From: an uncultured Elusimicrobia bacterium
GTDB lineage: Bacteria; Elusimicrobiota; Elusimicrobia; 2-02-FULL-39-32
Length of the DNA stretch: 64,000 bases
Reading direction: 5' to 3'
Assembly (NCBI GenBank): GCA_964523525.1
Contig: CAZFYO010000003.1
Coordinates: 164,147-228,146, forward strand
Below, one piece after another: positions 1 to 9,131 of this stretch. Below the pieces are notes generated by a model. It was given only the letters and a program-made list of their open reading frames with translations. It was not told the DNA's origin and did not search any database. Numbering within the stretch: position 1 is the stretch's first letter; each line of letters opens with the position of its first letter. The translations under genes were made by a program, and so were the position numbers.

Positions 1-1
1 C

Positions 2-1039
2 CGCGAGTCGAGAAGCGACGCCGCGCTCAAAGACCACGGCGAAGCCATCGCGGCGATCCTGGAGGAGTTGAACGCCCGCGGCGCCGGCGCGATCCAGGCC
101 GTCGGCCACCGCGTGGTACACGGCGGGGAGAAGCATAAGGAAGCGGCTCTGGCTACCGAATCGGTCCTGGCCGACGTCCGAGCGCTCTGCGACCTGGCTC
201 CGCTCCACAACCCCGCGAACCTCAAATGCATCGAGGCCTCGCTCAAACATTTTCCAGGCATCCCGAACGTCTGCGTCTTCGACACCGCCTTCCACCAGAC
301 CCTGCCGCCGCGCGCCTACCTCTACGGCCTTCCGTACGAGCTCTATCAAAAATACGGGATCCGCAAATACGGATTTCACGGCATCTCGCACAAGTACGTT
401 TCGCGCGAGGCGATGCGTCTGCTGAAGGAAAACATCCGCGATTTCAAAATTTTGTCCTGCCACCTGGGCTCGGGCGCGAGCGTCTGCGCCATTCAAGACG
501 GAAAGAGCGTGGAGATCTCAATGGGGTTTACGCCGCTCGAGGGCCTGATGATGGGAACCCGCGCCGGATCGTTTGACCCTGAAATCATCCTCTTTCTGCT
601 CAAAAAAGGTTATACGGTCGAACAAGTTGAGGAGATGATTCAGAAGAAGGGCGGGCTCAAAGGCATCGCCGAGAGCGCCGACATCCGCGAACTGCGGGAG
701 GACCAGCTTTCGGGAGACGCCAAGTCCGAGCTGGCGTTCGACATGTTCGTGTACCGCGTCCAGAGGTTCATCGGTTCTTACAGCGCGGTGATGGGCGGGC
801 TCGATATCCTGCTGTTCACCGGCGGGATCGGCGAAAAAGCTTATTTCATCCGCCGGAAAATCTGCGAAAAGTTCGGTTATCTGGGAATTAAAATCGACTG
901 GCGCAAGAACCGCGCCAATGAATCCGTTATTTCATCGGCGGACTCGGCCGTCACCGTGATGGTCGTCCCGACCAACGAAGAGCTTGAAATCGCGCGCGAA
1001 AGTTTCGCGATCATCGAAAAAAACAGGAGAAACGTATGA
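2..1039 (+). CDS. ackA: Acetate kinase, 5'-truncated by the window edge. The frame is open from nt 2, so the track's Met at 68 is internal.
   Basis: Translation contains the acetate/propionate kinase signatures VVHGG, FDTAFHQT, YGFHGISH and SCHLGSGASVCA. The upstream in-frame residues LKDHGEAIAAILEEL also fit ackA. Confidence 0.9.
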   Translation, partial: RESRSDAALKDHGEAIAAILEELNARGAGAIQAVGHRVVHGGEKHKEAALATESVLADVRALCDLAPLHNPANLKCIEASLKHFPGIPNVCVFDTAFHQTLPPRAYLYGLPYELYQKYGIRKYGFHGISHKYVSREAMRLLKENIRDFKILSCHLGSGASVCAIQDGKSVEISMGFTPLEGLMMGTRAGSFDPEIILFLLKKGYTVEQVEEMIQKKGGLKGIAESADIRELREDQLSGDAKSELAFDMFVYRVQRFIGSYSAVMGGLDILLFTGGIGEKAYFIRRKICEKFGYLGIKIDWRKNRANESVISSADSAVTVMVVPTNEELEIARESFAIIEKNRRNV

Positions 1040-1554
1040 TACAAAACGCCGCCCACCTGCACCTGATTGTGAACCACTGGCCTTTGATCCTGCTTCCGGT
1101 TGCCGCTGCGGCTTTGGCCTGGGGCGAATGGCGGGGCTCCGGCGAACTCCGCGCCTTCGGGTTCTCTTTGCTGATCGCCGCGGGGCTGTTCTGCGCCGTT
1201 ACGTTCCGGAGCGGCGAACCCGCGGAGGAAGTCGTTGAACACTCGGCCGGAGTCAGCGAAGCGCTCATTGAAGAGCATGAAGAAGCGGCGGAGCCCGCAG
1301 CCGGCGCGACCGTTCTGGCGGCAGTCCTGGGCCTGGCCGGACTTGTGTTTCAGGTCAGGAAATCGTCCGTTCCCCGGGCTATGGTCCTCGTGACGCTTCT
1401 GGCCGCGCTCGCCGCGATGGCTCTGATGGGGCGGACGGCGAACCTGGGCGGGAAGATCCGCCACGACGAGATCCGCGGCGAAATGTCCGGGGTGATGGAG
1501 GGGCAGCCTTCCGAGCCGGGCCCTGCGCCGGCCTCTGGGGCTCACGGCGAATGA
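1036..1554 (+). CDS. Hypothetical integral membrane protein with ~4 predicted TM segments. Its start is coupled to ackA by an ATGA overlap.
   Basis: ORF with hydrophobic helices (LILLPVAAAALAW, FSLLIAAGLFCAV, VLAAVLGLAGLV, LVTLLAALAAMALM). The ATG overlaps the ackA stop codon. Third-position GC bias matches the neighbours. Confidence 0.5.
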   Translation: MIQNAAHLHLIVNHWPLILLPVAAAALAWGEWRGSGELRAFGFSLLIAAGLFCAVTFRSGEPAEEVVEHSAGVSEALIEEHEEAAEPAAGATVLAAVLGLAGLVFQVRKSSVPRAMVLVTLLAALAAMALMGRTANLGGKIRHDEIRGEMSGVMEGQPSEPGPAPASGAHGE

Positions 1555-2075
1555 TGCGCCGGATATTCATAATCGCCGCCGCGGCGGCGTTCCTCGCGGG
1601 CTGCCGGAACGACGCACCGAAGGAATCCGCCGCTTCCATCCAGCCGGAAGAGTGGGTTTATGCCCGCTTCCCATCCGATCTCGGCCCCGCGCTTTTGGAC
1701 GTTTCGGATTATCCGCCGGCGGTTCAGCAGGATTACAAATTGTTTCTCGCCGCCTGTTCCTCCTGCCATTCGCCCGCCCGGGCGCTCAACGCTCCGCTCG
1801 TCAAGGAATCGGACTGGAAGCGTTACATCCACCGGATGCACGTCAAGATGGACCGGAAAGGTCTCGTCCTGAAACCGGAGCAGGAACGCCGCATCGTGAA
1901 TTTTTTAACGTACGATTCGCGGAAACGAAAGTTGGAGAACCGTCAGGAATTCGAGCTTGTGACCGAGATGATGAAGCAGCTTTACGAGGACGTTGAAAAC
2001 GAGAGGCGGAACCTTATTTACGAGACGGCCCTGGACGCTCCCAAAAAGGAAACGCCCTACGTCGGCGTCAAATAG
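1551..2075 (+). CDS. Putative lipoprotein with a single CxxCH heme-c binding motif (small c-type cytochrome-like)
   Basis: N-terminus MMRRIFIIAAAAAFLAGC carries a lipobox-type signal peptide. CSSCH motif at residues ~70-74. Coupled to the previous ORF by a 4-nt overlap. Confidence 0.5.
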   Translation: MMRRIFIIAAAAAFLAGCRNDAPKESAASIQPEEWVYARFPSDLGPALLDVSDYPPAVQQDYKLFLAACSSCHSPARALNAPLVKESDWKRYIHRMHVKMDRKGLVLKPEQERRIVNFLTYDSRKRKLENRQEFELVTEMMKQLYEDVENERRNLIYETALDAPKKETPYVGVK

Positions 2076-4734
2076 GCGCGGCGCCGCGCCGGAACAAAAA
2101 GCCGGTCGGCGCGATTTTTCCGCGCTGGCTCGCCAGCCTGTCCAATAAATTTTTGTAGATCGGATCCTCGCGCAGCCCCGTTTCGGGCCGCCGCCGGATT
2201 TCCTCCAGAAGGCCCATCACCAAAGCCGCGTTCGCCGGAGTATGGTGCCAATCCGCAAACCATAAGTTCAGCAGGCCTTTCAGCTCTTCTCTTGTTAAGC
2301 TCCTTCCTTGCAGATAGCGCGCCAGCAGGAGGTCGGGCTCGCGCGCTTTCCTCTGGTCGTACCGGAACAGAAACGTCGACAGGCTGCCCATGTACTGGCT
2401 TTTTGCCGCGCCGAATTCGAGTTGCGGGTAAAAATCCGTGTGCAGGCGGCCGAGGCCCGCGATCTGCTCGATGCCGGGGCCAGAAACAAGCTCGTGGACA
2501 AGCAGCGAGACGGGGACTGTAATTCCAATGCGCGCCAGGTCGTCCCGCACCGCGGGGACCGACATGCGCTCCCGCAAAATCTCGAAGTTAACGGCGAGAG
2601 GTTTCTTCGATCCGACCACCATCATGTCATAGGCCTGGGAGTTCCAGACCGAAACGTGGGGGAATACGGTCTGGAACGTGCGCAGGATCATCTGCACGGT
2701 TTCGTCCGTCATGGAATAGAGGTGAAACCACTGGACCATCAACCCGTCGTCCTCGAGCCGCCGGCTGCAGAGCTCAAAAAATTCTCGCGTGAAGAGGTTC
2801 GCCACGCCCGGCATGCGCGGGTTGGAGGGTTCGCTCAAAATGACGTTATAGATTTTCCGGTTACGGGCCAGGAACGATTTCGCGTCGTCCACGGCCACGG
2901 CCGCGTTGGGGTCCCGCTCGGCCTGATGGTTAAAGTTCCCGAAAAACGGGGCCGCTTCCATGACCTCGGGCGATATCTCGACCAGGTCCAGCTGCGTGTT
3001 CGGGTGGCGGAGCGCCGCGCCCGCGCTGATGCCGCTGCCGTAACCGATGCAGAGCGCGCTCGTCGGCGCCGATCGCTCGGGCCGCAGCAGCATGGGCAGG
3101 TGGCCCAGCATCAGCTCCGTTCCCAGATCGCCGTAAGCGGACGCGTCGGTTTTCCCGTTGATCTTAAGCACGCGTTCTCTTCCTCCATGTTCCACCACGG
3201 CCACCGTTGATTCCGCGCCGTCCTTATAAAAGAGAATCTTCGATCCGTCCAGCCCGCGTTTGAAGTCCGCGTAGCTGGGCGGCGGCGCGTTCCGCCAGGA
3301 AAAGTATGGGTTCATCAGGACGAGCGATTCCTTCCAGTCGTTTTTGCCAAAAACCATCAGCCCGATGGCAGCCGCCAGGGCGATTCCGGGAACCATCGCC
3401 CATTTTTGAGAGGCCTGCCCTCGCGGATCGCGCGCAAGCCGGAAAGAAATGGCTCCGCAGGCGATGGCCAGCAACGCCGAGACTTTCAAAGCGCCTTCAA
3501 TCCCGAACAGCGGCAGGAAGACAAGTCCCGCGGCCATCGATCCGGCCAAAGTCCCCGCCAGGTTGGACGAAAAAGCGATGCCCACGCCCTCGCTTGCGCG
3601 CCGTTTATAGGAAGAAATCCATTGGCTTGCCATGGGAAGCGCCGCGCCGGAAAAAAAAGTGGGAAGGAGCATCAGGATAAAACAAAATCCGAACGTGAAT
3701 GTTTGATAGATCCAAAAATTGTCCTCGGAATGCTTCAGGCTCGAGGCCATGTGGATGAAATAGTAGGGGAGGCGCGGGTACAGCGGGAACGAGAGGACCA
3801 TCGCCAGGCCGAAAGACAGCTGGCAGAAACCGAAAGAGCGCAGGATGCCGCCGGCCGTGGGGTTGCGGGCGAGCGGCCGCGAAGCGAAGAAGCTCCCGAG
3901 CGTGATTCCCAGGATGAACGCGGAGAGCATAAGGGAGAACGAATAGAGCGTCGAGCCCAGGATGAGAGCGAAGAATCGAAACCAGACGATTTCCAGCACG
4001 AGCGCCGTGAATCCCGAGAGGAACGCGGCCGCGGCCATCCAGCGGAATTGAAGGACGGTTCCAAACGGTTCGCCTGACCTTGCGTCGGGGCCCGCGTTCA
4101 GGTTTTTCGTGGATAACGATTCTTCGGGCGCGGATTCTGCGCGTGGCGCCAGAAGCAGTGCGCCCAGCCCCGAAAGCCCGCTGATAGCCGCGCCCGACAG
4201 CATCGTCAGGTCCAATCCCAGGTTTTGAATCAGCCAAAGCGAGCTCGCCGCGGAGCCGATCACGGCGCCCAGCGAGTTGACCGCGTAGAGCAGGCCCGTC
4301 ATCTTCTGCGTTTCCTGGAAGTCGCCCGCGAAGGCGCGGATCAGCACGGGAAACGTTCCGCCCATCAGGAAAGTCGGAATCATGAGCAGGGCGGCGGAAA
4401 TCGCGGCGCGGAACGGGAAAGATGAGAGAAGTTCGAAACCGGACGCGAAATAGAGCGCCTGCGTCCAGCGGTGGGCAAGCGGGTAACAGGCACAGAGGAT
4501 CGCGATGCCGAGTTCCAGCCCCGCGTAGGCGAGCACGGGATTCTTAAACCGCGCGCTCCATTTGCCGAACGCATAGTTGCCGAGCGCCAATCCCGCGAGA
4601 AAAGCCGCCAGCACAACCGTGTGGGCCTGCGTGGTGCTGCCGAGGGTCAGGGAAAGGTAGCGCGACCAGGAAACCTCATAGACGAGGCCGGCGATGCCGG
4701 AGAGGAAGAAGAGAAAACCTAGGATGCCTTTCAT
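2068..4734 (-). CDS. Fused multi-pass membrane (MFS-like) / spermidine-synthase-like (polyamine aminopropyltransferase fold) protein, 888 aa
   Basis: N-terminal ~500 aa is highly hydrophobic with many TM helices. The C-terminal part has the SAM-MTase/spermidine synthase motifs ALCIGYGSGISAGAAL, VDLVEISPEVMEAA and NVILSEPSNP. This architecture is common for 'fused MFS/spermidine synthase' proteins. Confidence 0.7.
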   Translation of the reverse strand: MKGILGFLFFLSGIAGLVYEVSWSRYLSLTLGSTTQAHTVVLAAFLAGLALGNYAFGKWSARFKNPVLAYAGLELGIAILCACYPLAHRWTQALYFASGFELLSSFPFRAAISAALLMIPTFLMGGTFPVLIRAFAGDFQETQKMTGLLYAVNSLGAVIGSAASSLWLIQNLGLDLTMLSGAAISGLSGLGALLLAPRAESAPEESLSTKNLNAGPDARSGEPFGTVLQFRWMAAAAFLSGFTALVLEIVWFRFFALILGSTLYSFSLMLSAFILGITLGSFFASRPLARNPTAGGILRSFGFCQLSFGLAMVLSFPLYPRLPYYFIHMASSLKHSEDNFWIYQTFTFGFCFILMLLPTFFSGAALPMASQWISSYKRRASEGVGIAFSSNLAGTLAGSMAAGLVFLPLFGIEGALKVSALLAIACGAISFRLARDPRGQASQKWAMVPGIALAAAIGLMVFGKNDWKESLVLMNPYFSWRNAPPPSYADFKRGLDGSKILFYKDGAESTVAVVEHGGRERVLKINGKTDASAYGDLGTELMLGHLPMLLRPERSAPTSALCIGYGSGISAGAALRHPNTQLDLVEISPEVMEAAPFFGNFNHQAERDPNAAVAVDDAKSFLARNRKIYNVILSEPSNPRMPGVANLFTREFFELCSRRLEDDGLMVQWFHLYSMTDETVQMILRTFQTVFPHVSVWNSQAYDMMVVGSKKPLAVNFEILRERMSVPAVRDDLARIGITVPVSLLVHELVSGPGIEQIAGLGRLHTDFYPQLEFGAAKSQYMGSLSTFLFRYDQRKAREPDLLLARYLQGRSLTREELKGLLNLWFADWHHTPANAALVMGLLEEIRRRPETGLREDPIYKNLLDRLASQRGKIAPTGFLFRRGAAPI

Positions 4735-4754
4735 CGATTTGATAAAATTACCGC

Positions 4755-5042
4755 ATGTCCAAACTATATAACGCTCCGTTTCACCCCAAAGGGCCGCAGC
4801 CCAACGCCACGTTTGAGATTCGCGACGGCCTGATGTTTACGACGCCCGACCATCCGGACGGAGCTGACGAAAATGCCTGGTACGCCCTCAAAGACGGAAA
4901 ACTGTTTCCCACCGAAAACCACCCGCAGCGCGCCGACGTCAGCGTTCCCTGGTACGAAGTCCGCGGCAATCTCGTCTATGCGGCGGAAGGCCATCCCCAC
5001 GGCCGTCAGAACATCCACTGGTTCGAACTCCGCAGTAACTAG
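4755..5042 (+). CDS. Small hypothetical protein (95 aa) built from 4 internal ~22-aa repeats (HPxG...[WF][YF]E[LV][RK]DGxL[FY])
   Basis: ORF with coding-like third-position GC bias. Internal repeats FHPKGPQPNATFEIRDGLMF / DHPDGADENAWYALKDGKLF / NHPQRADVSVPWYEVRGNLVY / GHPHGRQNIHWFELRSN. No recognisable family. The start codon lies only 20 nt from the divergent upstream gene start. Confidence 0.35.
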   Translation: MSKLYNAPFHPKGPQPNATFEIRDGLMFTTPDHPDGADENAWYALKDGKLFPTENHPQRADVSVPWYEVRGNLVYAAEGHPHGRQNIHWFELRSN

Positions 5043-5845
5043 CTCGAAACCGAGCAGTAATGTTTCAGCGAATTGCGCCAGACTTTGAGCGCCAGAAAAA
5101 AACTCGCCGCGGCCAGCGCCAGCGCGAACGCAAAACTTTCCCACGATAAAATTCCCAGCAGCGCCTTGGTCGGAAACGAAATCATGACCGCCAGCGGCAG
5201 TCCGAACGTCAGGATCATGCGGATGGAACGGTTGTAAATGTCGATGGGGAAGCGGCCCAAACTCACCAGGTCCCGGTAAAGCCAGATCGTATTTTCCATC
5301 TGCTGCGTTCGCACCGTGAGAGAAGCGATGATCACGTGTACCGCGAAGGCAATAACGACGCCGTTGGCGCAGAGCAAAGCGTAAACTCCGAGGCGGAAAA
5401 TACGCTCGCTCATGGAATAGGGCGCCAGGAGGTCCGGCAGAATCCACCAGGCCAGCACGACGATGGGGATCAGCGTCAGAAAATCCAGAAAATCCACCAG
5501 ATTGGATGAGATGCGGAACAATTCGTTGACGGGCTGGATCAGGTAGAAGTCCATGTCGCCTTCCCGCACGTCGCGCCCCACCATGTAGATGCCTCGCAGG
5601 AAAAACTGCGCCACGATATCGACAATATTAAAGGTCACAAAGAAAAGCGCGACTTCCTTGATGGAATAGCCCGCGACGCTCGGAACTTTTTGAAAGATGG
5701 CTCCCAGAAAGAGCATGAAGAAGCCGAGGCGCACCACTTTTCCGCCCAGCCAGCCGATGGAGCTCCAGCGGTTGGCGAGCTGCATCAAAAAGGACAGCTG
5801 GGCCAGCTTGAGCCAGACATCGACGTATTTTCGCGCGGTTTTCAT
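5039..5845 (-). CDS. ABC-2 family transporter permease (COG4587/COG3694-type), subunit 1
   Basis: 268-aa polytopic membrane protein. Lies in an operon with a second similar permease and an ABC ATPase (5039-7782, same strand, short gaps and overlaps). Confidence 0.65.
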   Translation of the reverse strand: MKTARKYVDVWLKLAQLSFLMQLANRWSSIGWLGGKVVRLGFFMLFLGAIFQKVPSVAGYSIKEVALFFVTFNIVDIVAQFFLRGIYMVGRDVREGDMDFYLIQPVNELFRISSNLVDFLDFLTLIPIVVLAWWILPDLLAPYSMSERIFRLGVYALLCANGVVIAFAVHVIIASLTVRTQQMENTIWLYRDLVSLGRFPIDIYNRSIRMILTFGLPLAVMISFPTKALLGILSWESFAFALALAAASFFLALKVWRNSLKHYCSVSS

Positions 5846-5881
5846 CTCATTGTCCTGCTTTTCTGCCTCATTTTTTGCCCG

Positions 5882-6724
5882 TCATCCGCCGTCAGCGCTG
5901 TAAACCTTCACGCCGCGTTCCCAAATCGTCCGCACCGCGACGGCAAAAATCGCGATCCAGACGATCTGCACCGTGATGCCCTGCACCCATTGCGCGTGAT
6001 CCACCTTGCCGAGATAAACATTGAGCGGGAAAAAGAGGAGCGGGGCGAAGGGCAGAACCTCGAAGGCCTTGCGCACGATATCGGGCAGAATGTTGAGCGG
6101 AAAGAACGCGCCCGAGGCAAATTCCAGCAGAAGCTCGAAGCAGAAGCGCGGTCCCGCCGACTCCGCGGTCCAGAAAGCAAAGGCGCTCACCGCGTAGCTC
6201 ATCAGGAAGAACAGTAACATCGCGAGCGCGACGGCGGGGAGGAATCGCAGCCAATAGGTAGCCGCATCTGGAAAAACCAGCGGAAGTTTTAGAATCCAAA
6301 TGGCGATCATGACTTCGACGATTGCCGAAAGCAGGTAAACGATTTTATCGGCAAGATCGCGGCTGACGCAGTAACCGATATAAGAAATCGGCCGCGTCAG
6401 ATAGGACGAAATTTTTCCCGTGTTGATCTCTCGAATCACGTCCCAGGTCTTATCGGTGAAAATGAAAGCCCGGAGGATGTTCATTCCGAGGATGTAGGTC
6501 ATCATTTCCGGAAGATTGTAGCCGGCGAGGTCGGAGCGGTCGCGGTAAATGGCGGTCCAGAAGGCGTAAAAGGCGATCAGAATGGTGATGCTGCGCGCCC
6601 GGTCCATAATAAAGGAAGCGCGATAGTAGAATACCTGCTGGAGCGACAGCGAAAAGACCGAGAAGTATTTTAGAAGAAAAGGTTGATGGGGCCGTGCGGA
6701 TGAAGCAGGGGCTGTTCCCATCAC
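5882..6724 (-). CDS. ABC-2 family transporter permease, subunit 2
   Basis: 280-aa polytopic membrane protein. 4-nt overlap with the upstream ATPase gene (6721-6724). Confidence 0.65.
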   Translation of the reverse strand: MMGTAPASSARPHQPFLLKYFSVFSLSLQQVFYYRASFIMDRARSITILIAFYAFWTAIYRDRSDLAGYNLPEMMTYILGMNILRAFIFTDKTWDVIREINTGKISSYLTRPISYIGYCVSRDLADKIVYLLSAIVEVMIAIWILKLPLVFPDAATYWLRFLPAVALAMLLFFLMSYAVSAFAFWTAESAGPRFCFELLLEFASGAFFPLNILPDIVRKAFEVLPFAPLLFFPLNVYLGKVDHAQWVQGITVQIVWIAIFAVAVRTIWERGVKVYSADGG

Positions 6725-7782
6725 GGCTGGCGGGGGCGCGGCGTTTCCTCAGGCGTCGTCACCTTGGGGAGTTCCGGCTCTTCGGGATTTTGCGGCGCGC
6801 GGGGCGCGGGCGTTTTGGCGAAGACCCGCCGGATGATTTCCTCGATGGGCAGCTCTTCAATCGCCAAGTCCACCACGGGAAACTGCGCCAGCAGTTTTTG
6901 AACAACTCCGGATACTTTCGCCCGCGGCACTTCAACCTGGTAATCCGCAGCGCCTTCCGAAATCACCCGGCCCAATTTACGCAGATCGGCGGTATCCGGG
7001 GCCTTCGTGGACGTAAATCGGATCAATTTATCCGGCGAATAGGTTTCGACGATCTTTTTAAGGTCTCCATCATAAAGCAAACGGCCGCCGTCGATCACCA
7101 TCACGCGCTTGCAAAGCTCTTCGACGTCGTCCATGTTGTGGCTGGTGAGCAAAATGGTGGATTGCGTCCGGGCGTTGTAATCCAGAATGAATTTGCGCAG
7201 TTTCTTCTGCATGACGAGGTCGAGGCCGAGCGTGGGTTCGTCTAAAAGCAAAACTTCCGGCTGATGGAGGATGGCGCAGGCGACTTCCGACTTCATCCGT
7301 TCGCCCAACGACAGTTTTTTAACGGGCACGTCGATCAAATCTTTCAGATCCAGCAGCTCGACGATTTCATTCTGCCGATTTTTAAATTCAGCTTCGGGGA
7401 TTTCGTATATCTTCTGGTTGAGCGCGAAGGTTTCGCGCGCCGGCAGGTCCCACCAAAGCTGGGTCCGCTGCCCCATCACCATGGAAAACTTCATGCGGAA
7501 TTCCATCTTCCTTTCCCAGGGCACGTAACCCATCACCGAAACTTCCCCCGAAGTCGGATAGAGGAGTCCCGATAAAACTTTGAGCGTGGTCGTCTTGCCC
7601 GCGCCGTTCGGCCCCAGGAATCCCACTAATTCGCCGCGCCCGATTTCGAACGTGACGTTTTTGACCGCTTCGACGGTCTTATATTTCTTGTTGAAGAGCG
7701 AACGCCACGCGCCGGCGAGCCCCGGCTCTTTCTGGGCCACCTGGAACGACTTGTTAAGTTTGCGGACCGAAATCGAGGGCAA
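6721..7782 (-). CDS. ABC transporter ATP-binding protein (COG4586-like). Likely TTG start at 7782, so the track's ORF to 7860 is an over-extension.
   Basis: Walker A GPNGAGKTTTL, ABC signature LSLGERMK, Walker B LLLDEPTLGLD, and an H-loop. The Met-initiated ORF would overlap the ald gene by 76 nt. A TTG at 7782 gives the typical N-terminus (M)PSISVRKLNKSF and removes the overlap. Confidence 0.8.
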   Translation of the reverse strand: MPSISVRKLNKSFQVAQKEPGLAGAWRSLFNKKYKTVEAVKNVTFEIGRGELVGFLGPNGAGKTTTLKVLSGLLYPTSGEVSVMGYVPWERKMEFRMKFSMVMGQRTQLWWDLPARETFALNQKIYEIPEAEFKNRQNEIVELLDLKDLIDVPVKKLSLGERMKSEVACAILHQPEVLLLDEPTLGLDLVMQKKLRKFILDYNARTQSTILLTSHNMDDVEELCKRVMVIDGGRLLYDGDLKKIVETYSPDKLIRFTSTKAPDTADLRKLGRVISEGAADYQVEVPRAKVSGVVQKLLAQFPVVDLAIEELPIEEIIRRVFAKTPAPRAPQNPEEPELPKVTTPEETPRPRQP

Positions 7783-7783
7783 G

Positions 7784-8893
7784 TTAGAAGAGATTTTTGA
7801 GGTCGATGTAGGGAAGTTTGAGGGACTCGGCGACGGGTTTATAGGTGATGGAACCATCATGCACCTGCAGGCCGCTGGAAAATCCGGGATCGTCGCTTAG
7901 AATCGGACCCAACCCCAGCTTGCCGAGTTTGGAAACGTAAGGCGCGATGGCGTTAGTGAAAGCGAGCGTCGCGGTGTGTCCGTAAGCGCCCGGCATGTTG
8001 GGTACGCAGTAATGCAAAACGTTGCCGACCTTGTAGGTCGGTTCGGAATGGGAGGTGACGCGGCTGGTTTCCGCCACGCCGCCCTGATCGATACAGACGT
8101 CGATGAACAGCGCGCGCTTTTTGACGCCCTTGAACATCTTTTTAGTGATCAGCTTCGGAGTCTTGGCGCCTGCCACCAGCACCCCGCCGATGATGATGTC
8201 GGCTGTCGCGACCTGTTGAGCGATGTTGGCGGGATTTGAGACGAGGGTGGAAACGTTTTCGGGCAGCATTTCGTCCAGCTGGCGCAGGCGGTCCGCGCGA
8301 GTGTCGAGTATGGTGACCTGCGCGCCCATGCCGGAGGCGATCCGCGCCGCGTTCTCGCCCACGGTTCCGCCGCCCAGCACCATGACTTTGGCCGGCAGCA
8401 CTCCGGGAAGCCCGGGCATCAAAATACCCGATCCGCCCAGCCGCGTCGCCTGAAAATAGGCGGCGATAATGATCGACATCCGCCCCGCGAGCTCCGACAT
8501 CGGCTCCAAAATAGGAAAGCGGCCCGATTTATCCTGAACGGTTTCCGCGGCAATCGCGGAAACGCCGGATTTTTGTAAAGCCTGGGTTAACGTTAAGTTG
8601 GCGGCGAGGTGCAGGTAGGAAAAAACGATTTTGCCGCGCTTGAAGTATTTGTATTCCGCGGGAAGGGGTTCTTTAACTTTGACCACGCAATCCGCTTTGG
8701 CCCAAAGAGCGGCGGCAGAGGCGCGTTTAGCGCCGGCCGAGCGGTATTCCGCGTCGGAAAAACCGGCGGAGAGGCCGGCATTCTTCTCGACCCAGACGCC
8801 ATGTCCTTCGGCAACGAGCGCGGCCGCATTCTGGGGCGCCAACCCCACGCGGCACTCGCCGTCTTTAATCTCTTTCGGAACTCCGATGATCAT
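7784..8893 (-). CDS. ald: Alanine dehydrogenase
   Basis: Starts MIIGVPKEIKDGECRVGLAPQ. Rossmann motif VMVLGGGTVG. ~369 aa with the classic AlaDH/PNT family layout. An internal Met is taken as the start because it matches the family N-terminus, and a TAATG stop/start overlap with the upstream gene was verified in the DNA. Confidence 0.9.
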   Translation of the reverse strand: MIIGVPKEIKDGECRVGLAPQNAAALVAEGHGVWVEKNAGLSAGFSDAEYRSAGAKRASAAALWAKADCVVKVKEPLPAEYKYFKRGKIVFSYLHLAANLTLTQALQKSGVSAIAAETVQDKSGRFPILEPMSELAGRMSIIIAAYFQATRLGGSGILMPGLPGVLPAKVMVLGGGTVGENAARIASGMGAQVTILDTRADRLRQLDEMLPENVSTLVSNPANIAQQVATADIIIGGVLVAGAKTPKLITKKMFKGVKKRALFIDVCIDQGGVAETSRVTSHSEPTYKVGNVLHYCVPNMPGAYGHTATLAFTNAIAPYVSKLGKLGLGPILSDDPGFSSGLQVHDGSITYKPVAESLKLPYIDLKNLF

Positions 8894-9075
8894 TACTTGT
8901 CCGACATCATCTTGCCGCCGATGCACCAGCTTGAACGGGGCGGCTCTTCGAAAACGATCCAAACGTGTTCCGACGTGACTTTGCAGTGCTTCATGACGGA
9001 CTCGGTGATATCTTTGGACAGCGCGTTCCGCACTTCCTGGTCGCGCGGCATCATGGTGACTCTCACAAAAGGCAT
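8893..9075 (-). CDS. 4-oxalocrotonate tautomerase family protein (~60 aa)
   Basis: Begins MPFVRVTM with catalytic Pro1 after Met, and has the typical ~60-aa length. GGAGG RBS 7 nt upstream of this ATG (verified on the reverse complement of 9051-9090). The track's ORF start at 9141 is an upstream extension. Confidence 0.6.
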   Translation of the reverse strand: MPFVRVTMMPRDQEVRNALSKDITESVMKHCKVTSEHVWIVFEEPPRSSWCIGGKMMSDK

Positions 9076-9131
9076 AACAATCCTCCCTCGGTAATATTTT
9101 CTTATTCTACTATTTATTGGGGAGCGCTTTA

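Noticed and set aside
226-2522. Assorted 60-120-aa ORFs in alternative frames within ackA and the spermidine-synthase-like gene (e.g. 226-576, 877-1545, 1652-1996, 2308-3210, 3406-4077).
   Set aside because: They are embedded in or antisense to well-supported genes. They are Arg/Pro-rich with no motifs.
4764-5447. Minus-strand ORF of 227 aa spanning the small repeat protein and part of the permease gene.
   Set aside because: It overlaps two better-supported genes, the conserved ABC-2 permease and a plus-strand ORF with clean internal repeats. The translation is low-complexity.
7783-7860. N-terminal 26-codon extension of the ABC ATPase ORF (MMVPSPINPSPSPSNFPTSTSKISSN) as given in the track.
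   Set aside because: It would overlap the ald coding region by 76 nt on the same strand. A TTG at 7782 yields the canonical ABC N-terminus and abuts the ald stop.
8894-8962. Upstream 23 codons of the ald ORF, and similarly 9076-9141 for the tautomerase and 14783-14821 for sucC.
   Set aside because: Internal Met starts match the family N-termini (MIIGVPKEIK, MPFVRV with [18 protein letters not shown]). The extensions would overlap upstream genes.
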